From: Candidatus Eiseniibacteriota bacterium
GTDB lineage: Bacteria; Eisenbacteria; RBG-16-71-46; CAIMUX01; VGJL01
NCBI GenBank assembly: GCA_041946735.1
Contig: JBHGAY010000001.1
Span: 160,001-224,000 of the forward strand
DNA length: 64,000 bases
Direction: 5' to 3'
Below are positions 23,262 through 33,770 of the stretch, piece by piece; position 1 is the stretch's first letter; the number at the start of each line of letters is the position of its first letter. A model generated the notes under the pieces. That model saw nothing but the letters and a program-made list of their open reading frames with translations. It was not told where the DNA came from and made no database searches. A program made the translations under genes and the position numbers.

Positions 23262-23762
23262 TCACTCCCCCTTCTTCGCGAGCACCACGGCTCCCATGAT
23301 CCCCACGAGGAGGATCAGCCCCAGGATCTCGAACGGGATCAGGAAGCGCGTAAAGAGCGCTCCCGCGACGTCCTGCGCGGTGCCGAACTCCGGCGGAACC
23401 GGCCGCCAGAGACCGGGCAGGCCGGAGAGCGAGCGGAGCACGAGCGCGCATCCCGCGGCGGCCGCGATCGCGGCGACCGCGAACTTCCCCTTCTCGACGG
23501 CGAGAGGCGCGAGGTCCTCCTCGCGAAGATTCAGCAGCATGATCACGAAGACGATCAGGACGACGATCGCCCCCGCATAGACGAGGATCTGCAGGATGAA
23601 CAGCAGGTGCGCCGCGAGGCCGGCGAACAGCCCAGCGACGGCGACCAGCGAGACGGCGAGCGCGAGGGCGCTCGCCAGTGGATTCTTGCGGGTGATCGTC
23701 ACGAGCGCCGCGCCGACGGCGATCGCCGCGAGGATCCAGAAGACGAACGGATTGGGCTGCAT
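23262..23762 (-). CDS. nuoJ: NADH-quinone oxidoreductase subunit J
   Basis: Starts MQPNPFVFW; QILVYAGAIVVLIVFVIMLL, LIPFE. Confidence 0.94.
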   Translation of the reverse strand: MQPNPFVFWILAAIAVGAALVTITRKNPLASALALAVSLVAVAGLFAGLAAHLLFILQILVYAGAIVVLIVFVIMLLNLREEDLAPLAVEKGKFAVAAIAAAAGCALVLRSLSGLPGLWRPVPPEFGTAQDVAGALFTRFLIPFEILGLILLVGIMGAVVLAKKGE

Positions 23763-23776
23763 CGTCGCTGCTCCCC

Positions 23777-24388
23777 TCACCAGGACGCCGGGACCGGCGG
23801 CCGCGGCGGCGTCGCCGTGACCGGCACCCCGTCGGGGGGTTCCTGCTCGCCCTCCGGCGAGGAGGGCGGCTCGGTCAGCGGCGCCTCGGGCTCGGCGGTC
23901 CCGCCGCCGATGGCGCTCTTGTCGCCGTAGAGGAGGAACTCCTTGTGGAAGAGGAACGCCTCGCGCGTGTCCGCCACGATCGTCACCTCGCCGGTGTCCA
24001 TGCGGATCGCGTCCTCCGGGCACGCTTCGACGCAGTAGCCGCAGAAGACGCAGCGGAGCATGTCGATATCGAAGACTTCCGGGCGCTTCTCGAAGGCGGC
24101 GGTCGGCGATTCCTCCGCGACGATGTGGATGCAGCGCGCCGGGCAGGCGGTCTGGCACATGAAGCAAGCCACGCACTTCGGCGATCCGTCCTCGCGGACG
24201 GTCAACCGGTGGCGCCCCTTGATCCGCACCGGGAGCGGCTTCGGCTCCTCCGGGTACTGGACCGTCGGCATCGCGCTCTGATGGAAGATGTTCTCCACCA
24301 TGTGGCGGATGGTGACGCCGAGGCCGCGGATCACCTCGACCAGGTAGATCCGCTCGTACCAGGAGAGCTTCGGGCTCGGCACCTTCAT
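23777..24388 (-). CDS. nuoI: NADH-quinone oxidoreductase subunit I
   Basis: Two 4Fe-4S motifs, CVACFMCQTACP and CVFCGYCVEACP; TVQYPEE. Confidence 0.95.
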   Translation of the reverse strand: MKVPSPKLSWYERIYLVEVIRGLGVTIRHMVENIFHQSAMPTVQYPEEPKPLPVRIKGRHRLTVREDGSPKCVACFMCQTACPARCIHIVAEESPTAAFEKRPEVFDIDMLRCVFCGYCVEACPEDAIRMDTGEVTIVADTREAFLFHKEFLLYGDKSAIGGGTAEPEAPLTEPPSSPEGEQEPPDGVPVTATPPRPPVPASW

Positions 24389-24479
24389 CGATCCTCTTCC
24401 CTCCCTCTGCCTGGACCCGCCGGCCGACTGACCTGCGGGCCGGCCCCGATTGCCGGAGAGCTCGCTTCCATCGGCCGCC

Positions 24480-25757
24480 TCACCTTCCCAGGAGCCGCAG
24501 CACCACCGCGGTGGCCGCAACGTTGAGCAGCGCGAGCGGCAGCAGATTCTTCCATCCGAGATTCATCAGCTGGTCGTAACGGAAGCGCGGAAGCGTCCAG
24601 CGGACCCAGATGAAGAAGAACGCCCAGAAGACGACCTTGCCGAAGAACATCCCCATCTGGGCGATGCGCGCGAACACCGCCGGAGCGATGCCGGTGAGCG
24701 GAACGAGCGCCACGGCCGCGGCCCCGGCGAGGCAGATCAGCGCGACGGCCGCGAACACGCCTGCCCAGATGTCCCCCTCGCGGCGACGGGCGTCGGTGTA
24801 GAGGCTCTTCAGCCGCTCCGACCAGCGGAGGGAGGCGATGACGACGACGATCGACAGCGCCGCGACGGCGAGCAGCGTGACGAGGAGAACCGGCTTTGCG
24901 TGCTGCTCGAGCGCTCCGGTGGGAAGCCAGGGAATCTGCCATCCCCCGAAGAACAGGGTGGTGACGAGCGCCGCCGAGACGACGATGTTGACGTACTCCG
25001 CCATGAAGAAGAGCGCGAACTTGAGACTCGAGTACTCGACGTGATAGCCGACGATCTCGCTCTCCCCCTCCGGGAGGTCGAACGGCGTGCGGTTGCACTC
25101 CGCCACGGCGGCGGTCAGGAACAGAATGCCGGCGAGCGGCTGGACGACGATCCCCCACATCGGCAGGAAACCGAACAGGAGCTTCCCCTGCTGCTGCGCG
25201 ATCTCGTTCAGGTCGAGCGTCCCGAAGATCATGAGGATGCCGAGGACGGAGACGCCGAGCGCCAGCTCGTAGCTGATCATCTGGGCGGTCGAGCGCATGC
25301 CGCCCAGGAGCGCGTAGCGGTTGTTCGATCCCCAGCCCGCCAGGATGATCCCGAGAACGCCGAGCGAGGAGATCGCGAGGATCCACAGGAGCCCCGCGTC
25401 GATCTTCAGCGCTTGCCAGTGGAGCATCTTCCCGCCCGCGATCAGGTCGTCCGCGACCGGGATGACGGCGAAGGTGGAGAGGGCGACCGCCATCGAAAGC
25501 GCCGGCGCGATCGTCCAATAGAAACGATGGACGTTCGCGGGGCGAACCTCCTCCTTGTAGACGAGCTTCACGACGTCCGCGATCGTGTGGACCATTCCGC
25601 CGAGACGGATGCCGGCGATCGCCGCGCGATTGGGCCCCGTCCGGTCCTGCATGTATGCGGACGCCTTCCTCTCGAACCAGACCATCAGGGGGATCATCGA
25701 CAGGCCGAACGCCCAGACGAGGACCGCCGTGCCCGCGTGCGCGAGGAACTCCGCCAT
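24480..25757 (-). CDS. nuoH: NADH-quinone oxidoreductase subunit H (with an extra membrane insertion)
   Basis: ERKASAYMQDRTGPNR, AQMISYE, NRTPFDLPEGESE, WVRWTLPRFRYDQLM. Confidence 0.96.
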   Translation of the reverse strand: MAEFLAHAGTAVLVWAFGLSMIPLMVWFERKASAYMQDRTGPNRAAIAGIRLGGMVHTIADVVKLVYKEEVRPANVHRFYWTIAPALSMAVALSTFAVIPVADDLIAGGKMLHWQALKIDAGLLWILAISSLGVLGIILAGWGSNNRYALLGGMRSTAQMISYELALGVSVLGILMIFGTLDLNEIAQQQGKLLFGFLPMWGIVVQPLAGILFLTAAVAECNRTPFDLPEGESEIVGYHVEYSSLKFALFFMAEYVNIVVSAALVTTLFFGGWQIPWLPTGALEQHAKPVLLVTLLAVAALSIVVVIASLRWSERLKSLYTDARRREGDIWAGVFAAVALICLAGAAAVALVPLTGIAPAVFARIAQMGMFFGKVVFWAFFFIWVRWTLPRFRYDQLMNLGWKNLLPLALLNVAATAVVLRLLGR

Positions 25758-25764
25758 CGCCCTC

Positions 25765-27375
25765 CTAGCCCCTTTCCGCCGCCTGCGGCTCGGACTCGCC
25801 AGCCGACCCCGCCGTCCCCGCCGCGCGCGGCCGGAGCGAGGCGAGCAGCATCCCGGAATCCCCGATCGCCGAAGGGCTCATCCCCTCGAACTCCGGCACC
25901 GCTCGGGCCATCTCGGCCCAGATCGCGTTGCGATTCACCCACCCGAACTCGACGCCGAGGCGCGCCGCGATCCGGCGCAGCAGCTCCATCACCGTCAGCG
26001 CGTCCCCTCGCGGCGTCACGCTGCGCCGGAAGAGCTGCACCCGCCCTTCGAAGTTCGTGAAGCTGCCGTCGAACTCCGAGTGCGGCGTCACCGGATGGAC
26101 GATGCCGGCAAGCCGCGAGGTGGCGTCCTCGTTCGTCGCCAGATAGAGAACCCGCGCGTACTTCTCGAGCAGCCGCGCGAGGGCGGGATCATGAGCGGCG
26201 AGGTCGTTCTGGATCACGATCGCCAGCCCCCCTCCTTTGCCGATCTCGGCGGCCAGGTCGTCGGTCCAAAGGCCGAGCGCCTCGCACCCGCGCCGGTTGG
26301 GGGTGCGGTCCGCCTTGCGCAGGATCGCATCCTCGACCCCGGCCGGCTTGCGGCTGCCCGCCACGATCGGCGCGCCGTCGAGCACCTGCCGGGCGAAGGC
26401 GCGCGCGGCGTAGAGCGCCTCGTTCGACATCTCCGGGGAGAGGAACATCCGGACCGCGCCGTCTCCTCCCTTCTCGCGGGCCGCGCGGATCGCGGAGGCG
26501 ATCGCCTCCAGCGCTTCCTCGTGCGTCACCTCTTCACCGCCGATGCTCGGGACCTCGCAACGGTTCTCGTTCAGCGGGACGTAGGTCCGCCTCCCCTCGT
26601 CGCACATCCACCAGCGGTTGACCTCCTGGTTCTCGCGCGGGCGAAGGCGATGGATCGTCCCCTCGTTCTGCTCCATGTAGATGTTGCAGCCGCGGCTGCA
26701 GCCGGCGCAGATCGACTTCGCGGAGGAGAGGAACCAGACGCGGCACTGGAAGCGGAAGTCCTTCGAGGTGAGCGCCCCGACCGGGCAGAGGTCGACGGTG
26801 TTCAAGCTGTAGGGATTGTCGAGCGGCTTGCCGGGGAAGGTGCCGATCTCGCTACGATTGCCGCGGTTGATGATCCGGAGCTCTCCGGTTCCCGTGACGC
26901 GGTCGCAGAAGCGGACGCAGCGCGTGCAAAGCACGCACCGTTCCGCGTCGAGCACCACGCGGGGCCCGACGTCGACGACCTTGCGCTTATGCACCTTCGG
27001 GAGATCGAGGCGGCTCTCGTACTGCCCGTGGCGCATGTAGAAGTCCTGGAGCAGACATTCGCCGGACTGATCGCAGATCGGGCAATCGAGAGGGTGGTTG
27101 AGGAAGAAGAACTCGAGCACCGCCTTGCGCAGCTCGTGGACTCGCTCGGTCTCGGTCCGGATCTTCAACCCATCCTTGACGAAAGTGTTGCAGGCAACCT
27201 GCGGCTTCGGGATCCCTTCGACCTCGATCAGGCAGAGCCGGCAATTGCCGTCGACCCCGAGGCCCGGGTGATAGCAGAAGTGCGGGATTTCGATCCCGAG
27301 GAGCTTCGCGACCTGAATCATGTTCAGGCCCTCCGGGACCTCGATCGCGCGGTCGTTCACATAGACGGTCGGCAT
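25765..27375 (-). CDS. nuoG: NADH-quinone oxidoreductase subunit G (short form, 536 aa)
   Basis: CYHPGL..GNCRLC..AC (N1b), HPLDCPICDQSGEC (N5), CVLCTRC..CP (N4), CAGCSRGC..MCD (N7). Confidence 0.93.
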   Translation of the reverse strand: MPTVYVNDRAIEVPEGLNMIQVAKLLGIEIPHFCYHPGLGVDGNCRLCLIEVEGIPKPQVACNTFVKDGLKIRTETERVHELRKAVLEFFFLNHPLDCPICDQSGECLLQDFYMRHGQYESRLDLPKVHKRKVVDVGPRVVLDAERCVLCTRCVRFCDRVTGTGELRIINRGNRSEIGTFPGKPLDNPYSLNTVDLCPVGALTSKDFRFQCRVWFLSSAKSICAGCSRGCNIYMEQNEGTIHRLRPRENQEVNRWWMCDEGRRTYVPLNENRCEVPSIGGEEVTHEEALEAIASAIRAAREKGGDGAVRMFLSPEMSNEALYAARAFARQVLDGAPIVAGSRKPAGVEDAILRKADRTPNRRGCEALGLWTDDLAAEIGKGGGLAIVIQNDLAAHDPALARLLEKYARVLYLATNEDATSRLAGIVHPVTPHSEFDGSFTNFEGRVQLFRRSVTPRGDALTVMELLRRIAARLGVEFGWVNRNAIWAEMARAVPEFEGMSPSAIGDSGMLLASLRPRAAGTAGSAGESEPQAAERG

Positions 27376-27468
27376 TCTGCTCTTCTTTCCTCCTGCCTGT
27401 CTGCCTGCCTGGTCCTTCTTCCTGTTCTGCCTGCCTACCTGCCTGTGCTGCGAGCCCTGCCCGGCCGG

Positions 27469-28766
<1,298 letters not shown>

Positions 28767-28767
<1 letters not shown>

Positions 28768-29330
28768 CAGGCGCGGGCCTCCTTGCGCAGCCGGTCGAGG
28801 AGCCGGTCGATCTCCTCCTCGTCGAGCGGACCGACGAACTCCTCGTTCACTTGGATCATCGGGGCCATTTCGCAGGCCGCCAGGCACTCGACCTCCTCGA
28901 GCGTGAAGAGGCCGTCGGGGGTCGTCTGCCCGAGCTCGATACCGAGCTTGCGGCGCAAGCAGTCGAGCATGTGCTCGGCGCCGAGGAGCTGGCAGGAGAG
29001 GTTCGTGCAGATCTGGAGGTGGTAGCTCCCTGCCGGCGAGCGGCGGAACATCGTGTAGAAGCTGACCACGCCATAGACATGGGACGGAGCGACCTCGCAG
29101 AGCTCCGCGACAGTCTCGACCGCCTCCTGCGGCACCCAGCCGTATCTCTCCTGCACCATCCACAGCAGCGGCAGGATCGCCGCCTTCTTCGTCGGATAGC
29201 GCGTGAAGAGCCGCTCGATCCTCGCCTTCTCGGCATCGGAGAAGACGACCGGCTCTCCCAGCTCCTGCAGCGGGCAGAGCCTCCGCGTCGTCGGATCGTG
29301 GGCGGGATCGGGATTCTCGAACGGCTGCAT
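28767..29330 (-). CDS. nuoE: NADH-quinone oxidoreductase subunit E
   Basis: VVSFYTMF, ICTNLSC, VECLAAC (2Fe-2S). Confidence 0.95.
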
Positions 29331-29345
29331 CTTCTCTTGCTTCTC

Positions 29346-31070
29346 CTACCGGTCCAGCTCGCCGGCGATGACGTTCAGGCTTCCGAGGACCGCGATCGCG
29401 TCCGCGAGCATGCCTCCCTCGATCAGCCGGGGGTAGGCGTTGTAGATCTGGAAGCAGGGGGGACGCACCTTGCACTTGTATGGACGCATGGAACCGTCGC
29501 TGACGACATAGAAGCCCAGCTCGCCGTTCGCCGCCTCGCTCGCGACGTAGCCGTCCCCGGCCGGCACCTTGACGCCGTGCATCACGATCTTGAAGTGGTT
29601 GACGAGCCCTTCGATCGATCCGTACGTCTTCTCCTTCGAGGGGATGATGATCGAGGGGTGCGCGACGTTGACCGGGCCGCCCGGGAGCCGGTCGATCGCC
29701 TGCCGCACGATCCGCACCGACTGGCGGATCTCCTCGAAGCGCACCATCATCCTGTCGTAGGTGTCCCCCTGGTATCCGCTCGGAATGTCGAAGTCGAACG
29801 TGTCGTAGAAGTCGTACGGATCGGCCTTCCGCAGGTCGTATTCGAGGCCGGTCGCGCGCAGGCACGGGCCCGTGAAGCCGAAGGAGATCGCCTCCTCGGT
29901 CGAGATCTTGCCGATCCCCACCGTCCGGTCGAGAAAGATCCGGTTGCGCGCGATCAGCTTCAACGTGTCGTCGACGTGCTTCGGCACCTCCTCGAGCACG
30001 GCGCGGACGCCGTCGAGAAAGTCGTCCGTCACGTCCGCCCAGAGTCCGCCGACGCGCGTGTAGGAGTTCGTGAGGCGGGCGCCGGTGACGCTCTCGATCA
30101 GGTTGTAGATCTTCTCGCGCAGGTTGAAGAGGTACCAGAAGTTCGTGAGAGCCCCGAGGTCGACCAGGTTCGCCCCGTTGCAGACGAGGTGGTCCATGAT
30201 GCGCGAAAGCTCGCCCAGGATCACTCGAACGAACTTGCAGCGGTCGGTCACCTCGATCCCGCACATTCCCTCGATCGTGCGGGCGTAGGCGATGTTGTTC
30301 AGGATCGCCGAGCAGTAGTTCAGCCGGTCGGTGTACGGGACCACCTGGTTGTACTCATGCGTCTCGGCCGACTTCTCGAACCCGCGATGGAGGTAGCCGA
30401 TCTCGGGGATCGCGTAGACGACCGACTCCCCTTCGAGCTCGACCAGGTTGCGGAGCGTCCCGTGCGAGGCGGGATGGCTCGGCCCGAGGTTCAGGAGCAT
30501 CGTCCCGCGCTCGTTCACTCCGGGACGCGGATCGAGCCGGCGTCGGCGCTCCAGCTCATCCTCGAGATCGTCGACCTCGTGGAGCCACTGGCCTCGATAG
30601 ATGTCGTAGTCCTTGCGGAGCGGGTGTCCGACGAACTCCTTGTGGTTCAGGATCCTCTTGAGATTCGGATGCTCCCGGAACTCGACCCCGTACTGGTCGT
30701 ACGCCTCTCTCTCCGTCCAGTCCGCGTTCTTGAAGACCTTCGTGGCCGAGTCGATCCATGGATCCTCCTCCGGGACGGCGCACTTGACCGCCGCCCGCGC
30801 CTCGCGCGTAAGGGAGTGGAGGAGGTAGACGACGTCGAACCGGTCGCCATCGTGAAGGCCCAGGTTGTCGACCACCGTCAGATCGGTCATCTGCTCGAAA
30901 GAGAGGCCTGGTTCGCTGCGAAGGAAGGCGAGAGCGTCCCGGATCGACTCGCGCTTCAAGCGAAAGACGGGGATCCCGGTCGTCATCGACTCGCGCGAGA
31001 CGATCGCCGTACCGAAGCGCGCCTCGAACGAGGCGAAGTCCGTCCTTTCGGCAGCCGTCCTCACCGCCAT
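29346..31070 (-). CDS. nuoCD: Fused NADH-quinone oxidoreductase subunit C/D
   Basis: NuoC part WTEREAYDQYG..GHPLRKDY is continuous with NuoD part NLGPSHPASHGTLR, GYLHRGFEK, YTDRLNY, GELDR. Confidence 0.95.
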   Translation of the reverse strand: MAVRTAAERTDFASFEARFGTAIVSRESMTTGIPVFRLKRESIRDALAFLRSEPGLSFEQMTDLTVVDNLGLHDGDRFDVVYLLHSLTREARAAVKCAVPEEDPWIDSATKVFKNADWTEREAYDQYGVEFREHPNLKRILNHKEFVGHPLRKDYDIYRGQWLHEVDDLEDELERRRRLDPRPGVNERGTMLLNLGPSHPASHGTLRNLVELEGESVVYAIPEIGYLHRGFEKSAETHEYNQVVPYTDRLNYCSAILNNIAYARTIEGMCGIEVTDRCKFVRVILGELSRIMDHLVCNGANLVDLGALTNFWYLFNLREKIYNLIESVTGARLTNSYTRVGGLWADVTDDFLDGVRAVLEEVPKHVDDTLKLIARNRIFLDRTVGIGKISTEEAISFGFTGPCLRATGLEYDLRKADPYDFYDTFDFDIPSGYQGDTYDRMMVRFEEIRQSVRIVRQAIDRLPGGPVNVAHPSIIIPSKEKTYGSIEGLVNHFKIVMHGVKVPAGDGYVASEAANGELGFYVVSDGSMRPYKCKVRPPCFQIYNAYPRLIEGGMLADAIAVLGSLNVIAGELDR

Positions 31071-31110
31071 CTCTCTCCTCCGCGGGGCTCGGCGCAGCTC
31101 GGGGAGCCGC

Positions 31111-31653
31111 TCACCGGGCCGCCTTCTCGCGGGTGATCTTCTCCTGGATGTGGATCAGGGCCTCGAGCACCGCCTCCGGGCGGGGCGGGCACCCGGCGAC
31201 GTAGGCGTCGACCGGGATGACCTTGTCGATCCCCTGGAGCGTGCAGTAGTTGTCGTAGAACCCGCCGGAGCTGGCGCAGACCCCCATCGAGATGACCCAC
31301 TTCGGGTCGGCCATCTGCTCGTAGATCCGCCGCAGGATCGGAGCCTGCTTGTAGGTGACCGTCCCGGCGACGAGCAGCAGATCGGCTTGCCGCGGCGAGA
31401 ACCGGACCAGCTCCGCTCCGAACCGGGAGAGGTCGAAGACCGAGGAAACGGTCCCCATGAACTCGATCGCGCAGCAAGCGGTGCCGAACGGCAGAGGCCA
31501 GAGCGAGTTCTTGCGGGCCCAGTTCAGGGTCTGATCGAGACGGGTGAGGATCGCCGAGCCGGCCAGGACCGACTCGTCGCCCTGACGCATCGCCGCCGGA
31601 AGAGGGATCGGCCGCCGGACATCCGGCATCGCCTCGCGCCTTCGCTCGGGCAT
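31111..31653 (-). CDS. nuoB: NADH-quinone oxidoreductase subunit B
   Basis: FGTACCAIE, SPRQAD, MGVCASSGG, GCPPRPE. Start overlaps the nuoA stop; alternative start at 31629. Confidence 0.95.
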   Translation of the reverse strand: MPERRREAMPDVRRPIPLPAAMRQGDESVLAGSAILTRLDQTLNWARKNSLWPLPFGTACCAIEFMGTVSSVFDLSRFGAELVRFSPRQADLLLVAGTVTYKQAPILRRIYEQMADPKWVISMGVCASSGGFYDNYCTLQGIDKVIPVDAYVAGCPPRPEAVLEALIHIQEKITREKAAR

Positions 31654-32006
31654 CACTCCCATTCCATCGCCCCCTTCCGCCACTCGTAGGCGAGACCGAG
31701 AACCAGGATGAGGAAGAAGATCGCCATGCCGACGTCTCCCGCGACCCCCAGCGCCTTGCGATGGATCGCCCAGGGGATCAGGAACACGGCCTCGACGTCG
31801 AACAGAAGGAAGAGAAGCGCGACCAGGTAGAACTTCACCGGCACGCGATCCTTCGGCAGCTTCTTCGGCAGCACGCCCGACTCGTACGGCGTTCTCTTCT
31901 CGTCGGTCGGCCGCTTCGGACCGAGCCGCGGCCCCAAATAGAGGAAGACGGCCGGGATCGCGACCGCGAGCGCGAGCACGACGAGAACCGGCGCGTACGG
32001 GTTCAT
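31653..32006 (-). CDS. nuoA: NADH-quinone oxidoreductase subunit A
   Basis: PYESG, FYLVALLFLLFDVE, YEWRKGAMEW. Confidence 0.95.
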   Translation of the reverse strand: MNPYAPVLVVLALAVAIPAVFLYLGPRLGPKRPTDEKRTPYESGVLPKKLPKDRVPVKFYLVALLFLLFDVEAVFLIPWAIHRKALGVAGDVGMAIFFLILVLGLAYEWRKGAMEWE

Positions 32007-32122
32007 TGCACCCCCTCCCGCTCCACCTCACCGATTTTTCCGGGCGCGCAATTCCGGAACGGGCGGTTCTCCGTGGGGTACCGACCGTGACGGGCACGCC
32101 ATGAAGATTTCGACATTTGAGA

Positions 32123-32140
32123 TTGCAATCCTTTGCACAA
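32123..32140. promoter_or_regulatory. Candidate Rex (redox sensor) operator upstream of nuoA
   Basis: Minus strand TTGTGCA-AAGG-ATTGCAA versus consensus TTGTGAA-N4-TTCACAA (10 of 14 positions match); just downstream of the predicted nuo promoter. Confidence 0.45.
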
Positions 32141-32153
32141 GTGATAACGCTGG

Positions 32154-32182
32154 ACCGTAGCACAAGGCCGTATCGATGACAA
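32154..32182 (-). promoter_or_regulatory. Putative sigma70-type promoter of the nuo operon
   Basis: TTGTCA-N17-TACGGT with a TG extended -10. Confidence 0.5.
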
Positions 32183-32234
32183 CGTTCGGGCGCTACCGAA
32201 TGGCCTTTTCTACCAAGAAGGACGATTAACCACA

Positions 32235-33611
32235 GTGCATCTGAGCGCGGCGGTCCCCGCCCCCTGGCGGGGCTTCTGGGATCGGTTCGCCTTCCCTCCG
32301 TCCGAAAGCGCCGAAGAGTCCCGAGCCTTCCGCGAGCACCTGCTCTCCTCCTTCTGGGCAGGCACTTCCGGAGGCGTGTTCCTGCTGACCGACGTCATCC
32401 TCGCGAAGACCCTGAACGCGACCGGATGGCAGATGACTTTGATGGCGAGCCTCGGACCGATCGCCAGCCTGATGTCGTTCGCCTGGGTCGGCCTCGTGAC
32501 CGGCAAACGGCGCGGGTCCTCCTTCTTTCTCGCCGCGCTCCTCGGAAAGATCCCGATCGTGCTCGTCCTCGTCTTCAAGACGGCGACCTACATGGTCTTC
32601 ATGACGTTCCTCTCGAGCCTGATCGGAGCGTTGATGATGACCGGGACGAATTCGATCTACCAGGCCTGCTACTCCGAGAAAACGCGCGCGCACCGCTACG
32701 CCCTCGCGACCTCGGTCGGCACGGTCTTCTCCATTCTGAGCGCGCAGGTCTCCGGTGCGATCCTCGAGAGGAACGAGCGCGTCTGGCCGTACCTGTTCGT
32801 GATCTCCGCCCTGATGAGCTTGCTCGCGGTCTACCACACCTACCGGATGGACGTCGCCTCCGGCGACCGGCGGGACGCGCGCGCCTGGCTGCGCATGGGA
32901 GCCGAGAGCCTGCGATCGAGCGTGCGCACCCGGCCGCACTTCGAGCCGGCCGGCGTCGGCCGCAGCTTCGGGGACGCGGTGAGGATCAGCCGCGAGAATC
33001 CGGAGTTCTTCCGGTTCGAGATGAACTTCATGGTGTATGGGATCGCGTTCCTCGCGATCCTCCCGATCTTTCCGCTCTACATCGTCAACGAGCTGAAGAT
33101 GAACTACACCCAGCTCTCGGCGACCAAGGGAGTCTGGTCGCAGGCGGGACAGATGGTGCTGAGCCCCCTGCTCGGGATCCTGCTCGTCCGCATGCGGCCG
33201 ATGCGATTCACGGGGCAGTTCTTCCTGCTCCTCATGCTCTATCCGCTCTGCATTCTCGCCTCGACGTTCGCATCCGGCGACGAACGCATCGCCTGGGTAT
33301 GGGGAGCGGTGTTGCTCTTCTCGGTCGCGATGGCGGGCGTGAACCTTTCCTGGAACATGTCCTCGATCTACTTCGCGGGCGAAGCGGACGCTGCTACGTT
33401 CCAGGGGCTGCACATCGCGATGACCGGCGTCCGCGGGCTGTTCGCCCCTGCGCTCGGCTACTTCCTCTATGCCCACGGCGGGACCCGCGTCGTCTTCAGC
33501 TTCTCGACGGCGCTATTCGCCGTCGCGGCCTGGATGATGTTCGCTCAGGAGAAGCGGACTCGACAGAGCCGGCTTGCGACGGAGGCGCTGGAGCGAGGGG
33601 CGGCAGCCTAG
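32235..33611 (+). CDS. MFS transporter
   Basis: About 12 hydrophobic segments in two halves around a central hydrophilic loop; GTG start. Confidence 0.8.
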   Translation: MHLSAAVPAPWRGFWDRFAFPPSESAEESRAFREHLLSSFWAGTSGGVFLLTDVILAKTLNATGWQMTLMASLGPIASLMSFAWVGLVTGKRRGSSFFLAALLGKIPIVLVLVFKTATYMVFMTFLSSLIGALMMTGTNSIYQACYSEKTRAHRYALATSVGTVFSILSAQVSGAILERNERVWPYLFVISALMSLLAVYHTYRMDVASGDRRDARAWLRMGAESLRSSVRTRPHFEPAGVGRSFGDAVRISRENPEFFRFEMNFMVYGIAFLAILPIFPLYIVNELKMNYTQLSATKGVWSQAGQMVLSPLLGILLVRMRPMRFTGQFFLLLMLYPLCILASTFASGDERIAWVWGAVLLFSVAMAGVNLSWNMSSIYFAGEADAATFQGLHIAMTGVRGLFAPALGYFLYAHGGTRVVFSFSTALFAVAAWMMFAQEKRTRQSRLATEALERGAAA

Positions 33612-33670
33612 AGCCGCCCCTTCCCCGCCGCGGGCACGAGCCGCGCTCTCGCGGCCCCCGCGGCCGCGCC

Positions 33671-33700
33671 TTGACCCTCCTCGACAGCGGTTCCTATACT
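33671..33700 (+). promoter_or_regulatory. Putative sigma70-type promoter of tdh
   Basis: TTGACC-N18-TATACT. Confidence 0.6.
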
Positions 33701-33770
33701 CGCGCGGTGTTACCGGCGGGGCCGAGCGGTTTCGTTGTACAGGCGGTTTCGTTTCAAAGGAGTGGCGGGG

